Shown here: positions 1 through 12,779 of the stretch, in pieces
Numbering within the stretch: position 1 is the stretch's first letter
Layout: every line of letters starts with the position of its first letter
Origin: Octopus bimaculoides
Lineage: Eukaryota
Direction: 5' to 3'
DNA length: 32,920 nucleotides
Assembly (NCBI RefSeq): GCF_001194135.2
Contig: NC_068985.1
Location: 11,949,448-11,982,367 of the forward strand
The notes under the pieces: model-generated
Told to the model about the DNA's origin: nothing
Databases searched by the model: none
What the model saw: the letters and a program-made list of their open reading frames with translations, nothing else
Program-made: the position numbers and the translations under genes

Positions 1-130
1 TATATATATATATATATATATATATATCCGCACACACATCATTTATACATGTATAAAATATATCTGTGTATACATGTATTTATGCATGCATATAAATATA
101 TGTATATGCATCTATCTATCTCTCAATATA

Positions 131-197
<67 letters not shown>

Positions 198-270
198 TGG
201 CGTGTGTATGTATGTATGTGTGTCTGTATGCATGTGTGTGTGTGTGTGTGTGTGTTGTGTATGTATATAT
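1..270. repeat. Compound (TA)n/(TG)n microsatellite
   Basis: Runs of tatata and tgtgtg seen directly; the YIYI/VCVC ORFs here are artefacts. Confidence 0.95.
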
Positions 271-753
271 AAGACTTTACTAGATTACTAGAGAGAAATG
301 ACAAACAGAAACAAAAATAGGAGGAGAGAGCCTGGTACATAGAAAGAATGCCTGGGGTGAGAGATGGTAATAGGGAGACCTAAAAATGTGGTGTGGTAGG
401 AAATGTAAATTATTTGGAAATTCAATAGCTGTTTGCCCACGATGTGGAAATGCATTCCCGCGAGTGTAATTATTCTTCAAGCAAAGTATAGTTTTCATGT
501 AGATTATGTTGGAGTATAGAACAAATAAATAAGTAGAGAAATATAGTTAAGACGGAATCTGAATGCAGGAAAAAGAAGTAAAAGAAAAATGGAACATAAA
601 AGCATATCAAATGGTTTCTAATTTAACCGAGCGAACACTAAAACTTTCAGAAATTATATTTTGTATTTATTTATTCTCAGCGAAACATATCTGCCTGTTT
701 GTCTGTCACTCCATCTATCAATCTGCTTTATCTATCTCACTGTCTCTCTCTCA

Positions 754-786
<33 letters not shown>

Positions 787-875
787 CATATTTATGTATA
801 TATGTACAAATACATATCTATTTTTATTTTTACATACGTATATATATATATACAATTAGATATATGCATATATTT

Positions 876-909
<34 letters not shown>

Positions 910-1010
910 NNNNNNNNNNNNNNNNNNNNNNNNNNNNNNNNNNNNNNNNNNNNNNNNNNNNNNNNNNNNNNNNNNNNNNNNNNNNNNNNNNNNNNNNNNN
1001 NNNNNNNNNN
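910..1010. other. Assembly gap inside a (TA)n tract
   Basis: N run flanked by TA repeats. Other gaps are at 5467-5744, 14883-15414, 20177-20186 and 27318-28029, nearly all bordered by microsatellite. Confidence 0.99.
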
Positions 1011-1016
1011 TATATA

Positions 1017-2163
1017 CAGGGGTTAGACAAAATAATGGAAACTCATAGCGTCACACCATCATAATTTTGAAATATCTATAAAACCGTCAAAACTTGTTTA
1101 TTTTAATGTTTTTTGATTTATTATTAGTGTTGATTTTATATATTTTGCTAAAAGTGCTGTTTCTTTTCAGATATCATCAGAAAAGGGTAATAAAAAATTC
1201 ATTAAAATGACAGATCTATCTGACTTTCAAAAAGGTCCAATTGTTGGTGCACGTATGGCAGGTGCTAGCGTAACGAAAACAGCCGAAATGTTTGGTGTAT
1301 CAAGAAGTACAGTCTTGAAAGTAATGACAGCCTTTTAGAAAGTGGGGAAAACCTCATCGAAACAAAACTCCGGAAGAAATCCAAAATTTTCAGATAGGGA
1401 CCATCGGACTCTTAAACAGATTAGGAGAAAAGATCACGACAGTACAGCTCCCAAAGTTACTACCAAGCTTAATGGTGTAAAAACCTACAGAATTGGTCCC
1501 TAGAGCAGTAGAAGAATTTTATCTTCTTGGACAAGTCATCCTTTACCTCATTTCCAACCACTGGCCGAGTATATGTGTAGAGACAGCCAATGAAATATTT
1601 GACCCAGACTGCTTTTTCCAACTGTAAAACATGGAGGAAGAGCTGTGATGATCGTGGGGGTGGGGTTATATCTTAGAAATCCGCCAGCCCAATGGTTTCC
1701 CTTCAACACAGAATTAATAGTAAAGAGTATTTAAGCATTTTATCTGATCAAATTCATCCTATAGTTGTGGAACTGTTTCCAAAGGGAAACGCAATCCTTT
1801 TGTGGTGATAATGCACCAACTCACTGCTAAAGTTGTTACTAAATGGCATGAGGAACATTCTAGTGAAGTTGAAAATCTAATCTGGCCACTACAGACGCCA
1901 AATGTCAATATTATTGAACATATATATGGTGCATTTTAGAAAAACAGGTAAGGGGTCGATATCCTCCACCATTTTCACTACAAGAACTGGAGAATGCTTT
2001 AGCTGGAGAATAGACAAAAATTCCTTTGGGAACAATTCAAACTTTGTACGAGTTCATACCTCGTAGAATTCAAGTTGTAATTACTGCCAAAGGCGGCCCT
2101 ACCTCGTATTACGATAAATTTGGGTGAGATTTTAAGGTGTTTCCATTATTTTATCCAACCCTG
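1017..2163 (+). mobile_element. Tc1-superfamily DNA transposon, DD36E (Incomer-like), near full-length, defective
   Basis: Imperfect TIRs: CAGGGGTTAGACAAAATAATGGAAAC from 1017, and the reverse complement CAGGGTTGGATAAAATAATGGAAAC ending at 2163. Both ends abut (TA)n, and a transposase relic lies between them. Confidence 0.93.
1207..2112 (+). pseudogene. Tc1-type transposase pseudogene (DD36E)
   Basis: Reads MTDLSDFQKGPIVGARMAGASVTKTAEMFGVSRSTV (HTH); then, across frameshifts, SSFTSFPTTGRVYV, PTVKHGG, DNAP..W..EHSSEVENLIWPLQTPNVNIIE and IPRRIQVVITAKGGPTSY. There are 36 residues between D2 and E after repairing one 2-nt deletion. It has stop codons and an internal deletion of about 40 codons near 1473. 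Confidence 0.92.
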
Positions 2164-2196
<33 letters not shown>

Positions 2197-2905
2197 TGTA
2201 TATAGATGTATGTAGGTATGCCAGTTTGTTCCAATTTCTTCGCAACACTAAAATTGCACAAACCAAATTTATTCTTTTTGGAAATTTTAATACGTGTGTG
2301 CGCAATATAAGAAATTGTATAAATTGAAAAGGTGATACCAAATTTAATCCTCTTCAATTTAAAAGTATTGCCAATTTACATGGAACATGGATCATTAAAT
2401 TATTACTTTGCATTGAAACTGAGATAACATTGAGAAGATCGGATGAGCGAGACTGCATCAGTTGAGTGTGATTTTTTCCGATTTTAATCTAGTTTACACT
2501 AAATTCCGTTAACGTCCGTTGGGCGTACATTTTCAGTATTATGTCTCCTTAGTGTATTCTGTCTAATTTTGTTCTTTGTTCATTTCCTATTTTCCTAATG
2601 TTCACGATTTACTGTATAATTAATGATATATATAATTAATATAATAATTAATGACTACTGCTGCTGGTCTTTATAGAGTATTACTGTTTCAGAACAAAGA
2701 TTTTGAGAATGCTCTTATATATATTAACTGAATTTCTCTGTACTAGGAAATGTATTGTAACATTAAATAATGCTTTTAATATACATGTGTCGTAAAATTT
2801 TAAATTAAATCTTAATAGATTTTATATATTGATATACTTTCAAACTTTTCAAAACATCCCTTCTTGTCTGATATCGTATAGGCTTCAATAAATTTTATGC
2901 TAAAA

Positions 2906-2957
<52 letters not shown>

Positions 2958-3460
2958 CATTAGCTAGAATTGAAATTTCGATCGTTATGATAATTTCCTC
3001 ATCCGATGTCACCTTCCTAAGCGGTCAAATATGTTAGGATTTGTCTATGTACGTCGTTTTTATTTATACATATTTATATGCACACACATAAAAACCCATG
3101 TATTAGTATATATGTATACATGTATGTAAGTGTGTGTACATATATTACTTCTTCTTTTAAGTATATCTCTACAGATTTACTGTGAAATTTAGTGCACTGA
3201 ATATTACATTTTGTATACAAATAAGTCTCTGCAAACAATGCGATCGAAGATACAAAAATAGTTAATGGGTGTACACGGATAATTCTCCAACGCCACGGCG
3301 AAACCAATAAACAATGCGCGAATTCATTGCTTAAATAACCGCTTTGTTTAGCGCTGTTACACTATCGGATATTCTACTCTACAACTTTACATATTAAACA
3401 CATTCCTGACACCTGATACATATTAATGAGCTATTAGAGACACCAATTTACACCACATAT

Positions 3461-3509
3461 GTGGCGCTGACGAAAGAGCAATAACTTCTGAAATATGCAT
3501 ATACACCCC
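3461..3509 (+). ncRNA. Degenerate minimal hammerhead ribozyme-like motif
   Basis: CTGACGA (3467-3473); stem II agag/ttct; GAAA (3490-3493); palindromic stem III ATATGCATAT; AUA triplet. Stem I is weak (gtggcg/cacccc, 4 of 6 pairs). Confidence 0.45.
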
Positions 3510-4609
3510 TTATATACTTTTCTGTCTTCGATTGCAAATTATTACTTAGAAATATTCGTATACGAAACGTCGTACTTTTCAGTGCTTGCTCTAAATTATG
3601 TAAAAAGTCTTTAGAGATGCAATTAAAAATGTAAACAATGCACTGCTAAGACAAAGTAGGACTCACAAACCTCTAATATATTATGTTTGAACAACGAAAT
3701 ACGGTGCCCTAACCAACACTTTCTTTGAGGAAAGCATATTGGTCCTTATAGATTCGCATATAACAGTATCATTAATATTTTCTCATTCAGAAACAGCTGA
3801 GCTGTTTTTTTTTATATAAAATATATTTTGCTCCTTATAGTTTCCTGTGAATTTAGTATTCTATAACATTACTCAAATTTTATCCTGTCAGGTTTGTATG
3901 CTATCATTTTAGGCGTCATATATAAAGAAATATACAACTATTATGTTATACGTAGGACATTCTTCAAAATATTATGGGTATGAGACTGCAGTGAGATAGC
4001 AGTAATGTCTAGAATTACTCTAGAAAAATATTATAGATATAAATCATAACGTCTTAATCCTAGCTCGGGTGGATCTAATATATAACATGTCTCTACTTTC
4101 AAATCGCTTCTAGATGACTGGCAATATCTGAAGTAATTTAGTACTGATTACTTGTCTAATTGTTAGTGCAAATAGAACTTGTCAAATTATATGGAGATTT
4201 GTTAAGTTAATTTTGACATTAAAGGTCTGGGAAAGCAGTTAGTTTACGTACCACTAAGTGCTTATTAGTTTCAGATACACATACGTACTATTATTTTCAC
4301 CTCTAATTAGCTCTACTAAATTAAGCAGCTGAAAGGGTCTGTTACATTGCACGTAAGGTTGTTGCATGCATTATTATGTTTATAGGATTAATACGTAAAG
4401 GATTAAAAGGCACTTCGAAGTAGTCAGAGTTATAATATATGATGCGTGTAATGATCTAGAATGATGCTTGCTAGAGATATTTCATAACACTATTTCCGAT
4501 ATAATAAAATAATAAAAAGTCTAATATTGGTAATAGTATCTCAAACTAAATGTTTGATTTTAGCAATGCTATACAAATCATCATATGCACTTTAAGATAA
4601 TATGTGTGC

Positions 4610-4648
<39 letters not shown>

Positions 4649-4671
4649 CTGTATGTAAGGATGCGTTAATG

Positions 4672-4830
4672 AATAGGGTGCTGCACGTATGATCGTAAGT
4701 TGCGGTTTCGATTTCTGGATTGGGCAATGCGTTGTATTCTTGAGCAAATCACATCATTTCACGTTGCCCCAGTTCACTCATGTGGCAAAACTGAGGAATC
4801 CTGAAACGAACCAGCGCCTCGTTGCATCAT
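4672..4830 (+). mobile_element. tRNA-derived SINE fragment with CORE-like segment
   Basis: ttcttgagcaaatcacatcatttcacgttgccccagttcactca matches the same segment in the copy at 31183-31494; a degenerate B-box (ggtttcgatttc) lies upstream. Confidence 0.7.
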
Positions 4831-5430
4831 TAACTACGGAATATATGCGTAAAAAGAGAGTAAAAGAGTATATATGTGTATATGTGTGGTGGGTGCATGT
4901 ATGCGTGTGTATCTGTGCCTGTGTGTTTGCAAGAGAAAGAGAGAGAATTTGCCTGTGAGAATATGTGTATGCATACTGAAGTGTTGGCAAATTTACACAT
5001 GTAATTCCTTAGATATAGAGATCGAAAAAGAGACATTAAGAGATAGAGAATTACATATTTAATTTGATGTAATAAATTGTGAAACTTAACTACATAAATA
5101 TTATTGCTTGCTGTATATTATACATTAATAAAATGAATATAATTTTACTTATCTGTTACTACTAAGGTTGAGGAACACATCAGATGAAACAACTAAATGA
5201 AATTTAAATAATTTGCTACTAAAAATAAGAAAAAAGTGAAAGGAGAGGGTAAATCTGTCCAGACCGATCTATGAATACGCTGCCCTAGATTTGTTTGACC
5301 TCTCTATTATCAAGGGTATAGAGTAACCTAAATATATTGATGAACAATGGAAGTGCTTTCTGGATAGCAATTGCATACATAAGGCATATGTGTATGTATG
5401 TATGCTTGGATGTATGTATGTATGTATGGG

Positions 5431-5466
<36 letters not shown>

Positions 5467-5868
5467 NNNNNNNNNNNNNNNNNNNNNNNNNNNNNNNNNN
5501 NNNNNNNNNNNNNNNNNNNNNNNNNNNNNNNNNNNNNNNNNNNNNNNNNNNNNNNNNNNNNNNNNNNNNNNNNNNNNNNNNNNNNNNNNNNNNNNNNNNN
5601 NNNNNNNNNNNNNNNNNNNNNNNNNNNNNNNNNNNNNNNNNNNNNNNNNNNNNNNNNNNNNNNNNNNNNNNNNNNNNNNNNNNNNNNNNNNNNNNNNNNN
5701 NNNNNNNNNNNNNNNNNNNNNNNNNNNNNNNNNNNNNNNNNNNNTATATATATGCATATACATATATTTATATATATAAGATAACGAAGGCAGCAATATA
5801 TATATAGCATATATGTGTGTGTGCGTGTGTATCTGTGTCTTTCTGTCTGTGTATACGTGTTGTCTCTC

Positions 5869-5910
<42 letters not shown>

Positions 5911-6279
5911 TCTTTAGACGTAAAATATACACGCATGCGTATGCATATATCTCAGTGTGTAAATGTAAGGACTGATACAACACTGATATGCCTACGTGCC
6001 TAAATATGCGTATAATAACAGACTCTTCTGTATATGCGCGTGTATATGTACATGTATGTATACGTAGCCAACAACGGTTTTAGAAGTAATGGAGTACCGT
6101 ATCTCCCTTGTGACGGAAATTGGATTCTCTAGACTTAAATGTGCTTAAAACGCAGTGAATATGACAATCCATGCCAGCATCCATGAACCGGCTTCGTAGA
6201 GTACAGCAAGTTTTTCTAAGACGGCATCGACAGCAAGAGTTGTAGCAAAAAACATTCTTATGTGCTCAAATGAAATGGA

Positions 6280-8930
6280 TCAAGTTCTGGTCAGAATTAT
6301 TAATATCAGAGAGGGCTACGATTCTAATAATAAATACACTATATAAACTCTAAATAACTGTAATAGATATCTTGTTAGGATACACGACCTTTCTCAGAAG
6401 AATCAGACAAAAGGAAGAATGCGAAATGATGAATTGAAGACAAAATCATACTACTTCTCGTATATTTTTGAAAAAGAATTCAGTCGAGTTGGTATGGTTT
6501 TGATCGCCAAGAAAGAAACATCAATGTAAAGGTATTCTAGAGCATCGATTTACAAGTATTTTCTTTTTTTTTTTTGAGAAAAATATTGGATCGCAGCCTA
6601 AAAAGCAATAATAGGTTTTGCCTTGACACCAGGAACTAAGTATGCCAAAACTAAAGTGCTTTATGAAATGATTAAGAAATTAGTCGGCCATCGCAAAATT
6701 TATTTGAATATTATAAACTAATACCAAATCGCAGTGGAAAAATAAAAGAACGAGTAGTGCCTAGAAGAATTTTCCGAGTAACAATTAATATATTTGAATA
6801 TTTCTGATGGCAAAACGATTTACAGTTAGGAAACAATTATTTACAATGACGAAACAATGAACATGTAACTGAAGATATTTAAACTGAGAACGTTTCAACA
6901 GAATAGAATGCAATATAAGACGAATATATTTATTGCAAACATTGAATTAGTGACGAAGGTCAATGACAAATATTAAAAATGGATACGATACAAGCTTCAA
7001 ATCGATTAGCATAAAGGAAAGAAGTAATCCACATGTAGAAACCACACTAAAACTTTAAGAGCAAAATCGCTCTTTCTGCAATACAATAAGAAATCTATTA
7101 CATCACAAAGATCGGGGATTCCCGAAACATGTTTTGAGTCTATGTATTTTAAAAGTGAAGAGACATTGTGTGTGTGTGTGTGTGTCTGCAAGTATACATA
7201 TTTGAAAGTATGGATATATTTGTATTGGTCCACAAGCTGAATGACTGCAAGTGTCCCCGTAATTGAGTGATCAGACAAAGAGACTAATTGAATATGTACC
7301 AGGCATAAAAAAAGAATGAGTGTTGTAGTCAATGTCTCCCATTAAACACCCTTTAAAGTCCTGCCCAGCAAATAACGTTTCAGCCCAATGAATGAAGACA
7401 GTAAATGAAGACAATACATTTTCTAGTTAGGTTTTGGTGAAAGGGCGAAAGAAGAGTTAATTCTGTTTGAAATATGATAAAAAGCAGAAATTTATACAAG
7501 TGGAAGCAGCAAAACAGGAGTGGATAAGCCCGAATGAAAGACTGTAGAAACTCGATATCTGTCTTGGTTACTGCGACACCAAAAACAATATGTTTTAATT
7601 AGTGATGCAGACCGTGTATTTTAATTATTATAATTCCTCAGTTAAGGTCTTACATATTAATGTTGTTCTAAAAATTAGGGTGATCTAAAATTGTTAAGGA
7701 GACCATCATTCTCTTCCTCCAGTTCTTGTCACATTTCATATCCGTCTAATACCACAGGCGTCAACTGTCAGACATTTAATCTGAATTAGTCTCACAGCCA
7801 AGAGCCTGAATGCATATTTGGAAAATTAGCTTCATTTAATTGTTATGTATATTTATAATTAATTACTTAAACCGTGCCCAAAAATAGGAGTAATTATATC
7901 TCTCTAGAAAGTGCAAAAAAATTGTTAAAAAACAGGAAAACGTTAAACATTAAAAGAAACGAACGTTGAAAAACCGAAACTGGGAAAGTGCTATAAGCAA
8001 CCAGAATTTATTGACATAAAAGTTGGTGAGGTGAAATTTCATGTTCTAAGTGCTTCAATCGATAAAATACATCACAGACTGCATAGTCTTTGGGGATTCA
8101 AAAAATATGTTTTGAATCTGGATATTTTAAAAGAGAGTTGTTAGAAGCAAACGTGTGATACTAGCATAAATCGAGCTCTTAGAATGGACTTAGAGTTCTG
8201 GAACATCTTTTCTCAGAGCATACAAAGACTCGAACTCAAAATGGCATAAGACGGGGTTTTATTTCCCAGAGTGTTTCACTGCTTCATTGCAATAGCTATA
8301 TTGGTAACTGAACTGGTAAGGAAAAGAACACGAAGTAAGAATTAAAATTTGCAATTTTTCTCATATACGTTCCACCTACGGATGACATTAGTCTTGGAGA
8401 AGGAGTGCTCACCAAACTCAAGAATTTGACGCGGAATGAATATGGAAAACAAAGTGGAATGATGTTAGAAATATCGATTTCTATGGATGAATAATTTTGA
8501 TAAGAAAATTGAGAAAAAAATTATTTCAAATATTAAACATATCGTCGTCATCAACTTATACACTAAACAAGGAAGGAAAGAAAGGCGAAACCATCACAAA
8601 CAATATAATATGATGTCAGGTCTTCGAAAGTGTAAGCTCTACTTTTAAACAGAACATTTAACCTTAGCTTCAAAGAACAAATTTGTTATCAATTCATTTT
8701 ATCGTAATTTCCTATGGAGAAAAACACAACGACCCTGACAAAATTGAAAGATTCAAGCTAAGACTTGCTCCAAATATTTACGTTGACAATAATGTGGAAC
8801 ACAATAAATCCAACGAAGAGATCAGAAAACAAACAGTGTGAGGAATGATTTCATATAAATTTTAGTCTGTTTCAAAGATTTAATTTTTCGACAGTTTCTA
8901 CGTTGAGTTTGGGTTACATGACGCCTGTAG
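6280..8930 (+). mobile_element. Highly decayed RTE-clade LINE (APE and RT relics)
   Basis: Frameshifted motifs in the expected order: YYFSY..SRVGMVL (APE-like, about 6450-6510), GIRRG..FPECFTASL (GVRQG..SPKLFTA-like, about 8244-8290), SHIR..Y-DDI (YADD relic, 8377-8389), VISYGE..TLTK (about 8705-8745) and an LRW.G-like segment (about 8900). Interrupted by (TG)n and SINE pieces; boundaries approximate. Confidence 0.6.
7240..7380 (+). mobile_element. Degenerate SINE 3' fragment
   Basis: gtaccaggcataaaaaaagaatgag...gtcaat...ccctttaaagtcctgcccagca resembles the tail at 17063-17160 and a remembered abundant octopus SINE. Confidence 0.4.
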
Positions 8931-9329
8931 TTGTGATGACAGCTTGCGGCTCCCTTACTCGGTCGACTCCACGCTGTGGACCAATAATATAAGCACACGT
9001 ACACTGATCTTGTGACTGCCAAATTAAACACAAGATCTTGTCAAAACTGAGGTAGCTGAACGGATAATGACATTCGATACAACAAAAACATTATGATTGA
9101 AGTAAAATGTATTTACTATGGCCTTTTGGTTATAAGAAACTAGCAATGAAAAAGGGGCCTCGAATATTTGTATTACTATATATAAAAGTCAGTTGGAGAC
9201 AATTATAAACAGCTTCACAAAATCATGAGAGACGGTAAAGTGAAAATATATAGGACTATCGCAATGAAGGGAAACGAATCCTGGAAAATAAAATGTTCAC
9301 TTGTATTTTGGCATCAATCACCCGGAGTA

Positions 9330-9495
9330 GGTTGAGCTAGATCCGGCCAACGAGTTCAGCACCTTCCTCACGAATGCTGACCTCATCGGCTGCAGTCGAG
9401 TTTGTAATGCACCGAGTCTGTGTGCACTAAAGTCGAAATAACCAACTTATCCACTGAACTAAACTTCCTGGGTTTGTACCAAAATTTGAAACATA
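9330..9495 (+). mobile_element. Degenerate SINE fragment
   Basis: Ends in aacttcctgggtttgtaccaaaatttgaaac, a tail I recall from octopus SINEs; not verified by search. Confidence 0.4.
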
Positions 9496-9851
9496 CTCAA
9501 TAGTTGATTGTTTTGTACTTCTGGGGGAACACGATTCGAACAGCCACATGACTGTCGATTCGGAATGAATACAAAGAAAACTAAGAACGATTACTATTAT
9601 AATAATTATGTAGGTTTCGAAGTAGAGCCTAACTAGCAATTGTTTTGAATACATGTAATACGATAGTTAAGCTTTACATATTTTCCACCGCAATCATTTT
9701 ACCTTTTTTTCTCTCATCCCTTCTTTTGTTGTTCCTTACAATATGACAATGGGTTATTTTACGCTAAACGGTATTATCTGCAATCGCAAATCATTATTTT
9801 GCTGTATATACCCTAAACATATGCGATAAAACTATTTTCATTTGGGGTTTC

Positions 9852-10265
9852 ATGTGAGTTCGAGTCTCATGGCTGGCCGGTAACGTATTTTTCTGCAATG
9901 TGTGGATAATTTATCTTGAGCACGCTATTTATTAGCATTATCACGCGTTTGAGAATTTTAAAAAAACCATTATTTCTGTATCTTTTAACACATCTCAACG
10001 CTTCTAAAACAAGCTTTGTTTACTTTCATCGTAAGTTGAAGTTAACGTTAGCGTCTTATGAAGCTAAATTTATAAGTTCTAAAATTGCAGAATAATTCGT
10101 TACTGGGCAGTTTAGCTTAATGGTAAAACACTTGACGCGCAATCGCAGGGATATGAATTCGAGTCTCATGGTTGGCCGGTAACGTATTTTTCTGCTATGT
10201 ATGTATAATTTTTCCTGATCACGCTGTTTATTACCATTATCACGCGGTTGAGAATAAAAAAGAAA
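9852..10265 (+). repeat. Direct duplication of about 115 bp (9852-9965 / 10151-10265), offset 299 bp
   Basis: Both copies read ttcgagtctcatgg(c/t)tggccggtaacgtattttt...attatcacgcg(t/g)ttgagaat. Confidence 0.88.
10105..10177 (+). pseudogene. tRNA pseudogene or tRNA-derived SINE head (73 nt)
   Basis: A-box tagcttaatggtaa, B-box gaattcgagtctc, T-arm hairpin, imperfect acceptor stem, and a T5 tract about 10 nt downstream. The anticodon arm is degenerate, so no isotype is assigned. Confidence 0.6.
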
Positions 10266-11716
10266 GTTCTGTATCATTTTTTAGTACTTATCACAAGTAG
10301 ATGCTATTTCACTAACATGTGTTAATTCCACGCTTGATACATTTTAGAAATCAATTCATTTGACATTTGTATATTTCATAGCTAAGTCAAACTCCAAGAC
10401 TACACAGCCAGGCATGAGTCAAACCTCACTGGATGCAATACAACTATAGCATTTCTAAAACTTGCTAATTTGTAAATTTAACCTAGCCATGTACAATACA
10501 GGCTACATAGAGTTGTAATCTATCCAGATGCTTAAGGTTATAGTGAAAAGAGTAGTCTATCCTTTTCCCGTATTCCATCTAAGAATATAGAACCCAGTTG
10601 CAAAAATTGCACGATTGTCTACTTAAATGTTTCATAGGAATTTCTAACTTCACGATAAAATTCATTATGAATTTATTGTCCATTTTATCAAAGCCGTATG
10701 TTTATCATCCTGAAATATTTTTATAAAATACTCCTACCTAAGTTACTCTAATTTTTTTTTTCTTTTACGCCTTTCAGTTTTAGTGTTCATGGAACTGCAT
10801 TCCTTCAAATGATTTTGAGCGAATTAAAATTTAATTCCAGATCGAAAGAATGACAGTTCTGAAAAATCTGCCTCTGACTCTTTCTGTAATAGTGAATCAT
10901 TTCTTTCTGCCGTGTCATTGGAATTTCTCTTTTACGATAATGAACATTGTTATCATTATCATGATGCTATTACACACTGTTATAAGAACTTCTATCAGTG
11001 TAAGGTCAGCATTCCTTTTTAATTTGTTTAAATTCTATTGTCTCCCCAAAATAAGGACAAGTTGTTCCTTGATAGGCTGGTTCATTAAACATCATTGCCA
11101 TCAAGAGAATGAGCATCACATGTCAGAACTCTCCCATATGTGATGCAGATGAACAGAAAAAAAAATGCAGAATGCTTAATGTTCTTCAGATTAAAAAAAA
11201 AAATCGAATCACTTGACAATGCACTTGACAAAAGAATTTTTTCTCTAGAATATCTCATGGTGAAAGGAATCAACGAATCTTTGAAAATTTCACGTTTTCT
11301 TTCAGTGTAGGGTTAGCATTTATGCTTTCAATATATGAGAAAAACTCAATCCACTTGTCTCAAAATTATTTTCTCTCTACTTAACGCCTCCTTTTAAAAC
11401 ATATCGATAGAGTAGCGTAATTTAGCAAACAAAGCATGGAAATTGATTGGTAATTTTTTTTCCTGAAGTAATCTAACTCGATTTAGAAAATGAAAACTTG
11501 AAGGAGATAGTTTTATAATAATGAACATGCGCTTATTTGATATTTGGAATTTTGAGTAGAAATTCTCAAGTTCAGTTAATGAAATATCGATATTCATTGT
11601 TATGTAATATTTCATATTTTAGAATATTATAGCAAGTAACATCCATTTATGACATATTTCAATTTTCCTATCTGATAATTTCGAAGATGTTGAATAATGT
11701 TTACACATACATAGGA

Positions 11717-11718
<2 letters not shown>

Positions 11719-11747
<29 letters not shown>

Positions 11748-11770
11748 TGTATGTATGTATGTATGTATGT
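11719..11770. repeat. (TATG)n tetranucleotide microsatellite
   Basis: Seen directly; further TATG runs lie at about 11860-12010. Confidence 0.9.
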
Positions 11771-12299
11771 GTCATTTACAGTTTATTTCAAGATTTCTTG
11801 CCAATAATGAAAGAACCGGTTGCTAACCTAGATCCAAGGCTTCTTCATGTATTATGTAAGTGCGTATGTATGGATGCATGCATGTATGTATGTATGTATG
11901 TATGTAGAAAGAACAAGTTTCTAACCTAGATACAAAGCACCTTCATGTATGTATGTGATTATGTATGTATGTATCTAATTATGTATGTATGCATCTAATT
12001 ATGTATGTGTATATGCATGTAATTTCAAGAGTTCTAGCCAATAGAGAAAGAGCCGGTTTCTAATATTGACCCTAAGCTCTTTTATTCGAATTTTAGCATC
12101 AGCAGGGTAATTTCGCATGAAGGTTGCTCAAGGAGTGCAGTATTTAACGTCAATGCATGTACAGATTTGTATCTTTCGATTTATGGGGAGGTTTTCACTG
12201 GAGCGTTCCACCAGTGCTCCATTTTATAATAAGTGGCTATGGCCTCGATCATATTGTGAGTTCTCTTCCCATGTGGTACATGAGGAATTTGATTGATGT

Positions 12300-12660
12300 T
12301 TCCTGTTCCTGGATTGCAAACAAACCCTACAAAGTGGGAGATAGCAATCATGTTGTTGGTCCATCAGAGACTGCTTTGATTATGAATGTTACTATCATCC
12401 GGTAGCTCTCTCCTAACATATCCATGCATAGTTCTCCACAGAAATACGCTCATCCTTTCATCTGACATGCTGCGTCTTCGTTGGGCATGTATTTAAGATA
12501 ATCAGACAAGGAATGCTGCTCAAGGAGCTGATTTCCAAGCCTCATGATGCTGCCAGCCTCATGTGTGTAAACATGGTTAAGAGATACACTTCAACAATTG
12601 ATGGTTAAAAGATACTGCCGAAGTAATATCGTACGACATTCAAAGGCAATCTGGGTAGAC
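12300..12660 (+). mobile_element. RTE-like LINE 3' RT fragment
   Basis: Relics HQR(C), MLRLRWA and MLLKEL resemble the RTE C-terminal FHQRCLR, RLRWAGH and LLYGEL motifs; multiple frameshifts. Confidence 0.45.
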
Positions 12661-12779
12661 GTTAAACTTCTGCACCAATTTTTTTTTGTTTTAGAGAGAG
12701 TCAGTGTATTTCTCTCTTGATGTGGAAATTAGGCGTGCTAGTCAGTACCTTGTGGATTTTCATATCAATGGTTTGGATC

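Noticed and set aside
49-1064. ORFs rich in YIYI/VCVC/THTH (also 5269-5983, 14571-15622, 26263-26510, 27258-28200)
   Set aside because: Translations of dinucleotide microsatellites and N-gaps; not protein-coding evidence.
3900-4500. TAAT-rich non-repetitive stretch as a possible enhancer
   Set aside because: TAAT is expected frequently at this AT content; needs cross-species conservation or ATAC data.
10841-11000. Possible exon (ttccag acceptor, gtaagg donor) with a hydrophobic open frame
   Set aside because: AT-rich with no recognisable domain; the minus strand has a faint LINE 3'-end-like FF..I..WN pattern; splice-like sites are expected by chance.
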